The notes beneath the pieces were generated by a model. That model saw only the letters and a program-made list of their open reading frames with translations. It had not been told where the DNA came from and searched no databases. Shown here piece by piece: positions 1 through 10,444 of a DNA stretch of 64,000 nt. Position numbers and translations under genes: made by a program. This DNA is from an uncultured Candidatus Planktophila sp. (GTDB taxonomy: Bacteria > Actinomycetota > Actinomycetes > Nanopelagicales > Nanopelagicaceae): contig CAZNWM010000002.1 of NCBI GenBank assembly GCA_964576975.1, positions 3,811-67,810 on the forward strand, in the 5' to 3' direction. Position 1 is the stretch's first letter, and each line of letters starts with the position of its first letter.

Positions 1-1
1 A

Positions 2-1420
2 GGCTCTGTTCACGCATTAATTGGTGAAAATGGTGCAGGCAAGTCCACTGTTATGAAGATTTTGTACGGAATGCAGCGCCCCGATAGCGGCGAAATTTTG
101 GTCAATGGCCAGAGTGTTCAATTCAAGAAGCCAGCCGATTCAATTGAAGCCGGAATCGGTATGGTTCACCAACACTTCATGTTGGCAGATAATTTCACAG
201 TTTTAGAAAATATTGTTTTGGGTTACGAACCATCTCGTGGCGGCGTTATTGACTTTAGTGCGGCCCGAATAAAGATTAACGAAATGGCTGCGGCTTACGG
301 ACTTTCAGTCGACCCCGATGCACTTATTGAAGATTTAGGTGTGGGACAACGACAGAGAGTTGAAATTCTCAAGGTTTTATATCGTGGCGCAAAGATTCTA
401 ATTTTTGATGAACCAACAGCCGTGCTTGTTCCACAAGAAGTTGATGAGCTCTTTGAAGCGCTACAGGGCTTGCGTAAAGATGGATTAACAGTCATCTTTA
501 TCACCCATAAACTCGATGAAGTCTTGCGAGTAGCAGATGACGTCACAGTTATTCGCGCCGGATCAACTGTGGCAGAAGTAAAGGCAAGTGAAGTCAGTGC
601 CAAAAAATTGGCTGAGTTAATGGTGGGAAGCGAACTTCCATCTCCAGAAATTCACGGAAGTGCTAAGCGCAGCGAAGTAACGCTCTCGCTCTCTCAATTA
701 ACTGTCCCAGCAGAATCAGGTGCACGAAATCTCGTCAGCGATGTCAGCTTTACGTTGCACGCTGGTGAAGTCCTTGGAATTGCTGGAGTAGAAGGAAACG
801 GTCAGAGTGAACTAATCGAAGCAATTCTTGGATTACGCCCTTACACCGGAACAGTTATCTTCAAAGGCGAGCCACTTGATGATGAATCAGTCTCTGAACG
901 TCGCGATATGGGAATTGGATTTATTCCAGAAGATCGCCAACGTCAAGCATTATTAATGTCATCGCCGCTGTGGGAAAACAGAATTTTGGGTCATCAACGT
1001 GGAAAACCTGTCATGAATGGCGCGCTGATTGATCGCAAGGCAACAATGAGTGACACCGTTCGAATTATGCAGGAGTTTGATGTGCGCGCTCCAGGCCCAG
1101 ATACTTTGGCACTTGCTTTATCTGGTGGAAATCAACAGAAGTTTATTGTTGGTCGCGAAATGAGTGGTTCACCAGCATTGCTCTTGGCATCACACCCAAC
1201 TCGTGGCGTTGACGTTGGTGCCCAAGCAGCAATCTGGAATGAATTACGCGCAGCTCGTGAAAAGGGAATGGCTATCGTTCTTATCAGTGCCGACCTCGAA
1301 GAACTCATTGGTTTATCAGATCGACTAATAGTTATGCTCCGCGGATCTGTAACAGCAGAGTTAGATCCTGCAAAGACAACCCCAGAATCACTCGGTTCTG
1401 CAATGACGGGTGCGGCATAA
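2..1420 (+). CDS. Nucleoside/sugar ABC transporter ATP-binding subunit (two NBDs), 5' end truncated by window
   Basis: Frame is open from base 2 (GSVHALIGENGAGKST, Walker A) upstream of the ORF-track Met. It has LIFDEPT, a second NBD with LSGGNQQK and HPTRGVD, and precedes two permeases and cdd/deoA. Confidence 0.93.
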   Translation, partial: GSVHALIGENGAGKSTVMKILYGMQRPDSGEILVNGQSVQFKKPADSIEAGIGMVHQHFMLADNFTVLENIVLGYEPSRGGVIDFSAARIKINEMAAAYGLSVDPDALIEDLGVGQRQRVEILKVLYRGAKILIFDEPTAVLVPQEVDELFEALQGLRKDGLTVIFITHKLDEVLRVADDVTVIRAGSTVAEVKASEVSAKKLAELMVGSELPSPEIHGSAKRSEVTLSLSQLTVPAESGARNLVSDVSFTLHAGEVLGIAGVEGNGQSELIEAILGLRPYTGTVIFKGEPLDDESVSERRDMGIGFIPEDRQRQALLMSSPLWENRILGHQRGKPVMNGALIDRKATMSDTVRIMQEFDVRAPGPDTLALALSGGNQQKFIVGREMSGSPALLLASHPTRGVDVGAQAAIWNELRAAREKGMAIVLISADLEELIGLSDRLIVMLRGSVTAELDPAKTTPESLGSAMTGAA

Positions 1421-2520
1421 TGAAATACAGACCAGGAAAAATTGCACTCGCCATTGCTGCTCCGGTTTTTGCAGCGGTGTTCAGTCTGGCAGTATCTAGT
1501 GCATCACTGATCCTTACCAATAAATCACCTCGTGAAGCTTTTGCTCTTATGTGGGAGTTTGGTACTGGTGCAGGTTCATTAATGGAAGCCGTAAATCTTG
1601 CGACCTCTTATTACATTGCAGCAATTGCAATTGCTCTGACATTTCGCGCTGGTTTGTTCAACATCGGTGTTGAAGGACAACTTCGTTTAGGTTCGCTCTT
1701 TGCAGCGTACTTTGGCGCGATGCTTGTTCTTCCACCAGTGCTGCACATTCTCGCAATATTTTTGATTGCAATGTTTATCGGCGGTTTGTGGGCGGCAATT
1801 GCTGCCTACATGAAGGTCAAGCGCGGTGTCAGCGAAGTTATTTCGACCATCATGCTCAACAGCGTGGCGGGCGGTTTGTCTGCGTACTTATTGTCTAAAC
1901 ACTTTATGGTCAAAGTTGAAGGCAGTAATGACTTGGCAACCAAGCCACTACCTGCCAGCGGTCAGTTCCCAGATTTAATGCCTGTCCTAAAGAAGATGGG
2001 CGTAGAAGAGCAACCTGGTGGTGGCGTTTATGGAATGCTCATTGTCGCCATAATTTTGGGTATCGCATTTTGGTTTGTTGTTAATCGCACACGATTTGGA
2101 TTCGAATTGCGTTCAAGTGGCATGAATCCAATTGCAGCGCGAGTAAGCGGAGTTAACTCCAAGAAGATGACTTTTATTGCTCTAGTCGCAAGTGGTGCGA
2201 TTGCAGGACTTGCTGGCCTACCAACCCTGCTTGGTGACACACATAGTTACACACTTGGATTCCGAGGAGGCGTTGGCTTTACTGCAATTGCGATCGCACT
2301 TCTTGGGCGAAACACAGCACTAGGTATGGCAATTAGTGCCATGTTATTTGGCTTCCTTGAAGTTGCATCACGCACTCTCGAACTTATTGATATTGCCCCA
2401 GAAACGTATGTGATTATGCAAGGTTCAATTCTTCTCAGTGCAGTGATTGCCTACGAAGTGGTACGCAGGTACCAACTAACGCTGCAAAGTCACGCACTTG
2501 CTAAGACAGGTGACAAATAA
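1420..2520 (+). CDS. Nucleoside ABC transporter permease 1
   Basis: Hydrophobic protein with AGLFNIGVEGQ and GVSEVISTIMLN, typical of BMP/nucleoside ABC permeases; TAATG overlap with the ATPase. Confidence 0.9.
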   Translation: MKYRPGKIALAIAAPVFAAVFSLAVSSASLILTNKSPREAFALMWEFGTGAGSLMEAVNLATSYYIAAIAIALTFRAGLFNIGVEGQLRLGSLFAAYFGAMLVLPPVLHILAIFLIAMFIGGLWAAIAAYMKVKRGVSEVISTIMLNSVAGGLSAYLLSKHFMVKVEGSNDLATKPLPASGQFPDLMPVLKKMGVEEQPGGGVYGMLIVAIILGIAFWFVVNRTRFGFELRSSGMNPIAARVSGVNSKKMTFIALVASGAIAGLAGLPTLLGDTHSYTLGFRGGVGFTAIAIALLGRNTALGMAISAMLFGFLEVASRTLELIDIAPETYVIMQGSILLSAVIAYEVVRRYQLTLQSHALAKTGDK

Positions 2521-3770
2521 TGTTAGAAAAAGGCAAGCTCTCAGGAATGCGTCGATCCATAATCATCTTCTTTGGAATTGTCGCAATTCTCTCCATAATT
2601 CGAGTCGTAACGGGTGCATCTGATTTAACAAGCGTTGGAACAGCGCAAGCCGCTTTGTTGCTCTCCGTACCAATTGTTTTGGCAGCTCTCGGTGGTTTAT
2701 TTGCCGAACGTGCTGGTGTTGTAAACATTGGCCTTGAAGGCATGATGATCATGGGTGCATGGGCTGGCGGATTTATTGGAAGCGTTCATGGACCATGGAT
2801 GGGATTAGTCGGAGCAATTGTTTTTGGCGCAGTTGGTGCACTCGTTCACGCAGTTGCAACAATTACATTCGGTGTTGACCATGTTGTATCTGGCGTTGCA
2901 ATTAACATCATTGCAGCAGGTTTAGTTCGCTATATCTCAACTATTTTGGCCCAAGGAGGCTCATGGCCTGGGCCGTCACAGTCACCCGATGTCGAACCTA
3001 TTGGACTAAATGGATTACCAATTCTTTCGGGTGGACATTATTTTGGTTGGAAGAGTCCCGATATTCTTAATTCAATCGGTGAGAAAAACTGGTTCTTGAT
3101 TTCAGATATCTCTCGTGTGTTGCGCGGTTTAACAGGAGAGCTTTCATACGTAACGATGATTGCTATTGCCCTTGTTCCACTGAGTTATTTCCTCCTATGG
3201 AAAACTTCATTTGGATTGCGCTTACGAAGCACAGGTGAATCACCAATTGCCGCAGAGTCACTGGGTGTAAACGTTTACGTAATGAAGTATTGGGGCGTAT
3301 TAATCTCTGGTGGATTTGCTGGATTAGGCGGTGGTTTCCTCGCAATAGTGGCAGCTAATCACTATCAAGAGAATCAAGTAGGAGGCCGCGGATATATCGG
3401 ATTAGCAGCAATGCTCTTTGGTAATTGGCGCCCAGGTGGATTACTTGCAGGTTCTGCACTATTTGGATTTGCTGATGCACTACAACTTCGAGATTCTGCT
3501 GCAATTCACGCACTTATTCTGCTAATAATTGCATTCCTATTGTTTGCATCATGGCGATCATTTAAGAAGGGTCAACGTATTGCAACAATCGTGGCTCTAG
3601 CCCTAGCCGGATTCTTTGTCTGGTTCTTTTTTGCATTTGAAGAACTACCAGGCCAACTTGTAACTATGACTCCATACCTTGCAACATTGATTGTTCTATC
3701 CCTTGCATCGCAACGATTGCGTGGGCCTGCGGCTGCAGGTTTACCGTACAGACGTGGTGGATTGAAATAA
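2520..3770 (+). CDS. Nucleoside ABC transporter permease 2
   Basis: ERAGVVNIGLEGMM and GRGYIGLAAMLFGNWRP motifs; TAATG overlap. Confidence 0.9.
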   Translation: MLEKGKLSGMRRSIIIFFGIVAILSIIRVVTGASDLTSVGTAQAALLLSVPIVLAALGGLFAERAGVVNIGLEGMMIMGAWAGGFIGSVHGPWMGLVGAIVFGAVGALVHAVATITFGVDHVVSGVAINIIAAGLVRYISTILAQGGSWPGPSQSPDVEPIGLNGLPILSGGHYFGWKSPDILNSIGEKNWFLISDISRVLRGLTGELSYVTMIAIALVPLSYFLLWKTSFGLRLRSTGESPIAAESLGVNVYVMKYWGVLISGGFAGLGGGFLAIVAANHYQENQVGGRGYIGLAAMLFGNWRPGGLLAGSALFGFADALQLRDSAAIHALILLIIAFLLFASWRSFKKGQRIATIVALALAGFFVWFFFAFEELPGQLVTMTPYLATLIVLSLASQRLRGPAAAGLPYRRGGLK

Positions 3771-4169
3771 ATGTCGCTCACACCTGATTGGCAGTTATTG
3801 CATGCAACGGCAATTGCTGCGAGCAAAAAAGCCTATGCTCCGTATTCAAAATTTCCAGTAGGTGTTGCAGGATTAGTAAGCGATGGGCGAATAGTCAGTG
3901 GCTGCAACGTTGAAAACGCTAGCTATGGCCTTGGTTTGTGCGCCGAATGCAGCATGACTTCAGAATTGATAATGAGTGGTGGTGGACGCTTGGTCGCTGT
4001 TCTCTGCGTAGATGCTCAAGGTGATTACTTGGCACCTTGCGGACGCTGCAGACAACTTCTTTTTGAACACGGTGGCAATGAGTTGTTACTCATGACGCCA
4101 GATGGACCAATGAAAATGTCAACGATTTTGCCATGGGCATTTGGTCCCGATGATTTAGATCGTAATTAA
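3771..4169 (+). CDS. cdd: Cytidine deaminase (homotetrameric type)
   Basis: AYAPYSKFPVG, GCNVEN, CAE and PCGRCRQ zinc motifs. Confidence 0.95.
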   Translation: MSLTPDWQLLHATAIAASKKAYAPYSKFPVGVAGLVSDGRIVSGCNVENASYGLGLCAECSMTSELIMSGGGRLVAVLCVDAQGDYLAPCGRCRQLLFEHGGNELLLMTPDGPMKMSTILPWAFGPDDLDRN

Positions 4170-4175
4170 CTTTAA

Positions 4176-5465
4176 ATGAGCGCGGTAGAACCATTTTCAG
4201 CTGTAGAGATAATTGCTGCAAAGCGAGATAAGTTCACCCTTACAAATCCACAAATTGATTGGGTTATTGACGCCTATACACGCGGTGTTGTCGCAGATGA
4301 ACAAATGTCAGCATTACTTATGGCAATTTTGCTCAACGGAATGAATTCACAAGAAATCTCTGGCTGGACAAATGCAATGATCAATAGCGGGGAAAAAATG
4401 AATTGGTCCGCACTTGATCGGCCAACAGTTGATAAGCATTCGACAGGCGGCGTTGGCGACAAAATCACTCTGCCACTTGCACCACTTGTTGCGGCTTGTG
4501 GCGCTGCCGTTCCGCAATTATCTGGTCGTGGATTAGGTCATACAGGTGGAACACTCGATAAGTTAGAAGCAATCTCTGGCTGGCAAGCCTCTTTGAGTAA
4601 TGAAAAAATGTTGCAAGTTTTGCAAGAGTGTGGAGCAGTTATTTGCGCAGCTGGTGCAGGTTTAGCGCCAGCGGATAAAAAACTTTATGCCCTTCGTGAT
4701 GTAACAGCAACGGTTGAAGCTATTCCGCTTATTGCTTCATCAATCATGAGTAAGAAAATTGCAGAGGGAACCAGCGCATTGGTACTTGATGTGAAAACAG
4801 GCGCGGGTGCATTTATGAGCGATCCTCTTAAAGCGCGCGAATTAGCACAGACAATGGTCGGCCTTGGAAAAGATGCCGGAGTCAAAACTTTGGCACTAGT
4901 CACGGCCATGGATATTCCATTGGGGCGCACCGCTGGCAATGCTCTGGAAGTTCGTGAATCACTTGAAGTTTTATCTGGTGGCGGTCCTGAAGATGTTGTT
5001 GAATTGACTGTAATTTTTGCTCAAGAAATGTTGGAACTCGCTGGAATTAAAGGTAAAGATCCAGCCAAAGCACTTAAAGATGGTTCAGCAATGGATGTCT
5101 GGCGAAAGATGATTAGCGCGCAAGGTGGAAATCCGGATGCACCTTTGCCGGTAGCAAAAGAAAATCTAACAATCACCGCGGATTCCAGTGGAACAATGCT
5201 TTCTATGGACGCAATGGCTGTCGGAGTTGCAGCATGGAGACTTGGAGCTGGTCGCTCACGACAGGGCGAAAGCGTGCAATCAGGAGCGGGCATCGAAATT
5301 CATAAAAAACCAGGTGAAAAGATCACAGCAGGCGAAGCGATTTATACGCTGCATACGGATACGCCTGAACGATTTGCACGAGCGCAAGAAGTGTTAGAAG
5401 GTAGTGTTGCAATCGGAAGCGGAGAAGTGAAGCGACTCCCACTTATTGTTGAACGAATTAGTTGA
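4176..5465 (+). CDS. deoA: Thymidine / pyrimidine-nucleoside phosphorylase
   Basis: [37 protein letters not shown] and [11 protein letters not shown] motifs. Confidence 0.95.
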   Translation: MSAVEPFSAVEIIAAKRDKFTLTNPQIDWVIDAYTRGVVADEQMSALLMAILLNGMNSQEISGWTNAMINSGEKMNWSALDRPTVDKHSTGGVGDKITLPLAPLVAACGAAVPQLSGRGLGHTGGTLDKLEAISGWQASLSNEKMLQVLQECGAVICAAGAGLAPADKKLYALRDVTATVEAIPLIASSIMSKKIAEGTSALVLDVKTGAGAFMSDPLKARELAQTMVGLGKDAGVKTLALVTAMDIPLGRTAGNALEVRESLEVLSGGGPEDVVELTVIFAQEMLELAGIKGKDPAKALKDGSAMDVWRKMISAQGGNPDAPLPVAKENLTITADSSGTMLSMDAMAVGVAAWRLGAGRSRQGESVQSGAGIEIHKKPGEKITAGEAIYTLHTDTPERFARAQEVLEGSVAIGSGEVKRLPLIVERIS

Positions 5466-5484
5466 AATTGGTGAAAAAGTGAGC

Positions 5485-6573
5485 ATGCAGAGTATTCCAA
5501 CAGTAGATCAAATTAAACGAGTTCCAAAAGTCCTTTTGCATGATCACTTAGATGGCGGTCTTCGTCCACAAACGATTATTGATATCGCCAAAAGAATTGG
5601 ATATACCGCACTGCCAACAATGGATGCAGATGAATTAGCAACGTGGTTTCGTGAATCATGCGACTCGGGCTCACTGGTTCGCTATCTGGAAACTTTTAGC
5701 CACACAATTGCGGTAATGCAGACAGAAGAAAACATTATTCAAGTAGCTCGTGAGTGTGCACTTGATCTCGCACGAGACGGTGTTGTTTATGCTGAAGTTC
5801 GCGGTGCGCCGGAGTTGTTTACTGAACAAGGTCTCACTCTTGAACAAGTTGTTCAGGCGACTCTTGCTGGTTATCGCGAAGGCGAAGAGATCGCACGTAA
5901 AGAAGGATTTAATATTCAAGTTCGAGCACTCTTATGCGGTATGCGACAAAATAACCGATCACAAGAAGTCGCCGAACTCGTGGTTAAGTATCGTGACAAA
6001 GGCGTTGTTGGCTTTGATATTGCTGGACCAGAAGATGGATTTCCACCGTCAAACCAACAGGAAACCTTCGAATATCTTCGTCGCGAAGATGCTCACTTCA
6101 CAATTCACGCAGGCGAAGCATATGGACTTCCTTCTATCTGGGAAGCAATTCAGTTGTGCGGGGCAGAACGTCTAGGCCATGGGGTAAGAATTATTGATGA
6201 CATAGATGTTTCTGGCCCAGAACCAAAGTTGGGACAACTGGCTTCATATATTCGAGATCGCAGAATTCCTCTAGAACTCTGTCCTACATCTAATTTGCAA
6301 ACTGGTGCCGCAAAAAACATTGCACAGCACCCAATTGGAGTATTGGCTAAATTGCGTTTTCGCGTAACGTTAAATACTGACAATCGCCTTATGAGCCAAA
6401 CTTCAATGTCTTATGAAATGACTGAAGTTGTTAGGGCATTTAAGTGGGATTTTACTGATTTGCAGAGAGTGACAATTAATGGAATGAAGAGTGCATTCAT
6501 CCCTTACCCAGAACGGCTTGAGATAATTGAAAAGATCATTAAGCCAGGATATGCAGCGATTGCATCTGAATAA
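5485..6573 (+). CDS. add: Adenosine deaminase
   Basis: [20 protein letters not shown] and NTDNRLMS motifs. Start placed at ATG 5485 to avoid overlap with deoA (GTG 5479 is also possible). Confidence 0.93.
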   Translation: MQSIPTVDQIKRVPKVLLHDHLDGGLRPQTIIDIAKRIGYTALPTMDADELATWFRESCDSGSLVRYLETFSHTIAVMQTEENIIQVARECALDLARDGVVYAEVRGAPELFTEQGLTLEQVVQATLAGYREGEEIARKEGFNIQVRALLCGMRQNNRSQEVAELVVKYRDKGVVGFDIAGPEDGFPPSNQQETFEYLRREDAHFTIHAGEAYGLPSIWEAIQLCGAERLGHGVRIIDDIDVSGPEPKLGQLASYIRDRRIPLELCPTSNLQTGAAKNIAQHPIGVLAKLRFRVTLNTDNRLMSQTSMSYEMTEVVRAFKWDFTDLQRVTINGMKSAFIPYPERLEIIEKIIKPGYAAIASE

Positions 6574-7767
6574 ATGATTGATTTTCTCGATCACAAATTC
6601 ATCGAAAATCCTTATCCAGCATTAGAGAAGTTGCGCAGAGAAGGCAAACCTGTCTGGCATGAGGGTGTTGGGATGTATCTAGCTGCGCGCTATGAAGACG
6701 CTAATAACGTGCTTCGCACGAAATCTCTGGGAAGAATATTCAAGGCAAAAGAACCTGAATTTGAGTGGGATGTATTTAACTGGCTTCATTCAGATTCAAT
6801 CCTAGATAGCGAACCACCTAAGCACACACGCTTGCGCTCATTAGTTGCCAAAGCATTTAATCGAAACAAGATTGAAAGCCAAAGACCAGCGATTGAGAAG
6901 ATTACAAATGAATTGCTCGACGCCATAGAATTTAAAGTTCGCGCAGGTCAAACTTTTGATGTGATCTCAGATTATGCCGAACCACTACCGGTTAAAGTCA
7001 TCGCCGCACTCTTAGGATTTCCAGCGGAGGATGAGCACCTTTTAAGACCTTGGTCACAATCTATTGTGAAGATGTATGAAGTTAATCCATCTGTAGAACA
7101 TCAAAATGAAGCAAAGGCAGCCGCAAAAGCATTTGCCGATTATGTACTTGGTCTCATGCTTGAACGCAAGAAAAATCCTGGTACAGATTTGATTAGCGAT
7201 CTTGCTGCCGTTGAAGAGAGTGGGGAGACGTTAAGCGCACACGAACTGGTAGCAACGTGCGTTCTCTTACTTAATGCCGGTCATGAGGCAAGTGTTAATG
7301 CATTTGGAAACGGAATGGTTGCTGCCTTGTCGCGCCCAGATCAAGCAGCGTTATTGCGCACCAAATCACGGGAAATAGCAGAGACCGCTGTTGAAGAGTT
7401 CTTAAGATTCGATGCCCCGCTACATTTATTTGAGCGAACAGCAACTGCTGATACTGAAATTGGGGGAGTCACTGTTCGAGAGGGGCAGAAAATAGCGTCA
7501 TTACTCGGTTCTGCTAATCGCGACGAAAGCGTATTTGAGAACTCAAATGAGATGAATTTGTTGCGCAATCCAAATCCACATATTGGTTTTGGCGCTGGCA
7601 TTCATTTTTGTTTAGGTGGCCCGCTTGCCAGACTTGAAATGGCAATATCGCTACCCGCACTCTTTGAACGATTTAACGATATTGAATTAGCGAGCACCCC
7701 GAAGCGACGCCCAACATTTGTTCTGCGTGGTTATGAAAGTGTGGATATCTCAGCTGCAGTTGGATAA
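6574..7767 (+). CDS. Cytochrome P450
   Basis: I-helix LLNAGHEAS, K-helix EEFLR and heme motif FGAGIHFCLG; starts immediately after the add stop (TAAATG). Confidence 0.95.
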   Translation: MIDFLDHKFIENPYPALEKLRREGKPVWHEGVGMYLAARYEDANNVLRTKSLGRIFKAKEPEFEWDVFNWLHSDSILDSEPPKHTRLRSLVAKAFNRNKIESQRPAIEKITNELLDAIEFKVRAGQTFDVISDYAEPLPVKVIAALLGFPAEDEHLLRPWSQSIVKMYEVNPSVEHQNEAKAAAKAFADYVLGLMLERKKNPGTDLISDLAAVEESGETLSAHELVATCVLLLNAGHEASVNAFGNGMVAALSRPDQAALLRTKSREIAETAVEEFLRFDAPLHLFERTATADTEIGGVTVREGQKIASLLGSANRDESVFENSNEMNLLRNPNPHIGFGAGIHFCLGGPLARLEMAISLPALFERFNDIELASTPKRRPTFVLRGYESVDISAAVG

Positions 7768-8627
7768 GAAGACTGCGCACCTTTTCTGGTAACACTTAGT
7801 GCGGCAATGCGACAAGCAAATTCAGCCGAACTCTTAGGATCTAAACCTGAAGCAATTGCGAATGAGAAAGAACCTATAAAGCAATCTCCTGCACCAGTTG
7901 AGTCAACGGCTTGGACTTTTGTCGTGGCAATTGAAGTTAATCCACCATCGGTAGAAACTAAAACTGCACCCTTATCTCCTAGAGTAACTATCGAATTCTT
8001 TCCAGGGCGAAACTGTGCAAGTGATTCAGATGTTGGAGCCTTGCCAACGAATTCTTCAAATTCAACTTCGTTTGGAATTAACCAATCAGTGACAGCCAAT
8101 AACTCGGGGGAAAGATCTTCGTACGGAGCAGGATTTAGGATTGTGATTGCACCACGGTCTTTGGCAACTTTAAATGCCGCAGTGGTTACAGATTGGGGAA
8201 TTTCGCATTGACCAAGAACTATAGAGAGTTCAGGAATTGATTTAATTGCGTTGGCAGCGTGGTTTTCATCAAAGTCATGATTGGAACCAGGAACAATCAA
8301 AATTCTGTTTTGACCCTGTGCATCCACCCAGATATGGGCAACACCAGTTGGTAGATCTGAAATCTTTACGTGAGTCGAATTTATCTTTTGATTCTTGAAA
8401 TTTTCTTGTAGCGATTTACCGAAGAGGTCATTTCCTATGCATCCCACCATAAACACATCAGCACCCGCCAGGGCTGCCATAACGCCTTGGTTGGCACCTT
8501 TTCCACCAAAGCCTGTTGTAAATAGATTTCCATAAAGAGTCTGGCCAGGTTGCGGTAGAACATCGGCATAGCAAGTCAGATCCATACTTGCACTGCCTAC
8601 GACAGCGATCACGGGTGCTTTAGCCAT
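7731..8627 (-). CDS. rbsK: Ribokinase (PfkB family)
   Basis: GGKGANQ, PNEVE and DSTGAGDCFIG PfkB motifs; 3' end overlaps the P450 by 37 nt. Confidence 0.88.
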   Translation of the reverse strand: MAKAPVIAVVGSASMDLTCYADVLPQPGQTLYGNLFTTGFGGKGANQGVMAALAGADVFMVGCIGNDLFGKSLQENFKNQKINSTHVKISDLPTGVAHIWVDAQGQNRILIVPGSNHDFDENHAANAIKSIPELSIVLGQCEIPQSVTTAAFKVAKDRGAITILNPAPYEDLSPELLAVTDWLIPNEVEFEEFVGKAPTSESLAQFRPGKNSIVTLGDKGAVLVSTDGGLTSIATTKVQAVDSTGAGDCFIGSFSFAIASGLDPKSSAEFACRIAALSVTRKGAQSSYPTAAEISTLS

Positions 8628-8638
8628 GAAATAGATAA

Positions 8639-8644
8639 TAGGCT
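8639..8644 (+). promoter_or_regulatory. Probable -10 box of a leaderless transcript (nucleoside hydrolase)
   Basis: TAGGCT lies 6 nt before ATG 8651 and there is no Shine-Dalgarno. Confidence 0.55.
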
Positions 8645-8650
8645 AACTCC

Positions 8651-9598
8651 ATGAATTCCACACCCGTCATTCTTGATGTAGATACCGGAATTGATGATGC
8701 ATTCGCGGTTTTGTTCGCCGCTAGACATCCATCAATAAAATTGTTGGGCGTTACATGCGTTGACGGAAATACGAATGTGGCACAAGTTGTAGCAAACACA
8801 CTTCAGGTTCTAGATGCTGCAGGAGCAGGAGATATTCCAGTTGCACGAGGTGCTATTCGACCACTCTTAGGTCAATCACAGTACGCAGAGTATGTACATG
8901 GTGAAGATGGAATGGGTGATTTAGGTTTACCACCTTCTCGCAGAAGTGTGGATTCACGATCTGCAATTGAATTGCTCCGTGATTTAGTTGATCAATCACC
9001 TGAGCCAGTGACTCTAGTTCCTTTGGCGCCATTAACTAACATTGCCCTGTTCTTACGTGCATTTCCTGAGAGTGCAAAGAAGTTAAAGCGAATTGTTTTG
9101 ATGGGCGGTTCAGCTTCTGCAGGAAATGCAACCCCTGCTGCCGAATTTAATGTGTGGCATGACCCTGAAGCCGCTGCCATTGTTTTCCAAAGTGGAATTC
9201 CAATCACAATGTATGGACTTGATGTTTTTATGCGTCCTTGCGTCAGCGCAGAAGAAGCGGACAAACTATCTAAATCCGCCGATCCATGTGCACAATTCGC
9301 TGGAAGATTAATCAATGCATTCGTTGAACGTATTGGTTCACCAGTTACTTTGGGGGATTACGGCGCTGTAGCGAGTGTGATTGCACCAGAATTAGTTACC
9401 ACGCAGCGCTTTGATGTAGTTGTTGATACATCTGCAGGTCCTGCTCGTGGCCAAACTATTGTTGATCGCAGACCAGCTCTAGAACTAGAAATTGAACCAC
9501 TCAGATTAGAAAACGCTGCAAAAGTTGATGTAACTCTGGATTTAGATGTTGAAGGTATTCGTCAATTGTGGCTTAAAACAATTGATCCGAACTTTTAA
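8651..9598 (+). CDS. Nucleoside hydrolase (IU-NH/Rih family)
   Basis: DVDTGIDDA Ca-binding motif, HGEDG, APLTN and AEFNVWHDPEAA; the C-terminal HD motif reads GD. Confidence 0.9.
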   Translation: MNSTPVILDVDTGIDDAFAVLFAARHPSIKLLGVTCVDGNTNVAQVVANTLQVLDAAGAGDIPVARGAIRPLLGQSQYAEYVHGEDGMGDLGLPPSRRSVDSRSAIELLRDLVDQSPEPVTLVPLAPLTNIALFLRAFPESAKKLKRIVLMGGSASAGNATPAAEFNVWHDPEAAAIVFQSGIPITMYGLDVFMRPCVSAEEADKLSKSADPCAQFAGRLINAFVERIGSPVTLGDYGAVASVIAPELVTTQRFDVVVDTSAGPARGQTIVDRRPALELEIEPLRLENAAKVDVTLDLDVEGIRQLWLKTIDPNF

Positions 9599-10444
9599 CT
9601 AAACGCCTATGGGGTGCCAGACCGTCTTGGACTCCATAAAGGCCAAGATTCGCGCAGGTGAAGAAATTTCTTTAAATGAGTGAATTCTCTTTAAGTTTTG
9701 CGCACCCGCTTTTTTAACTTCTGCAACTAACTTTGACTCTAAGCCAGATATATCTAAGCCATCGATATCCATGTGAGAAGCAAACCATGGAGCAAGCTCG
9801 GCACTCTTTCCAGTCAAGATGTTTACAACACCTGCAGGAACATCACTAGTTGCAATAACTTCTGCAAGGCTCATTGCAGGCAGAGGAGCACTCTCACTTG
9901 CAAGGACAATCACTGTATTTCCACTAGCGATTATTGGTGCGATACCTGCAACAAATCCAAGGAGTGCAGACTTCTTTGGGGCAATAAATCCCACAACCCC
10001 AAGTGCTTCGGGAATTGTGAAGTTGTAATAAGGCCCAGCGACCGGGTTTGTTGCACCGTCTAGTGCACTGATTTTATCTGTCCAACCCGCATACCAAACT
10101 AGAAGATCGATACTTGCTTCAACTTCATCCTGTGCTTTCTTTGGAGTAACTCCAGTGATTTCGCAAATTTCTGCAGCGAATTGATCGCATCGACCTTCGA
10201 GCATTTCAGCAATTCGGTAAAGGATTTGCCCACGGTTATATGCAGTTGCGTGCGCCCAACCTGATTGCGCAGCACGCGCAGCAACGACTGCATCCTTTAG
10301 ATCTTTGCGAGATGCTAAACATGGATTTGCAATGAATTCACCACGTGCATTTTTGACTTCATATGTGCGACCAGATTCAGTGCGCGGAAATGTTCCACCA
10401 ATAAATAACTTGTATGTCTTTTTCACATCAATGCGCTTACTCAT
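9599..10444 (-). CDS. Truncated aldehyde dehydrogenase-like protein (Rossmann domain only)
   Basis: 281 aa with KLFIGG, W-Y-A-G-W-x-D-K and AGVVNILTG of the ALDH NAD-binding domain. It lacks the ELGGK Glu and the catalytic-Cys domain. Confidence 0.85.
   Translation of the reverse strand: MSKRIDVKKTYKLFIGGTFPRTESGRTYEVKNARGEFIANPCLASRKDLKDAVVAARAAQSGWAHATAYNRGQILYRIAEMLEGRCDQFAAEICEITGVTPKKAQDEVEASIDLLVWYAGWTDKISALDGATNPVAGPYYNFTIPEALGVVGFIAPKKSALLGFVAGIAPIIASGNTVIVLASESAPLPAMSLAEVIATSDVPAGVVNILTGKSAELAPWFASHMDIDGLDISGLESKLVAEVKKAGAQNLKRIHSFKEISSPARILAFMESKTVWHPIGV

Noticed and set aside
5671-6594. Several alternative-frame ORFs inside add (up to 141 aa)
   Set aside because: Fully nested in a well-supported CDS with no domain signal. 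The same applies to the other nested 60-135 aa track ORFs.
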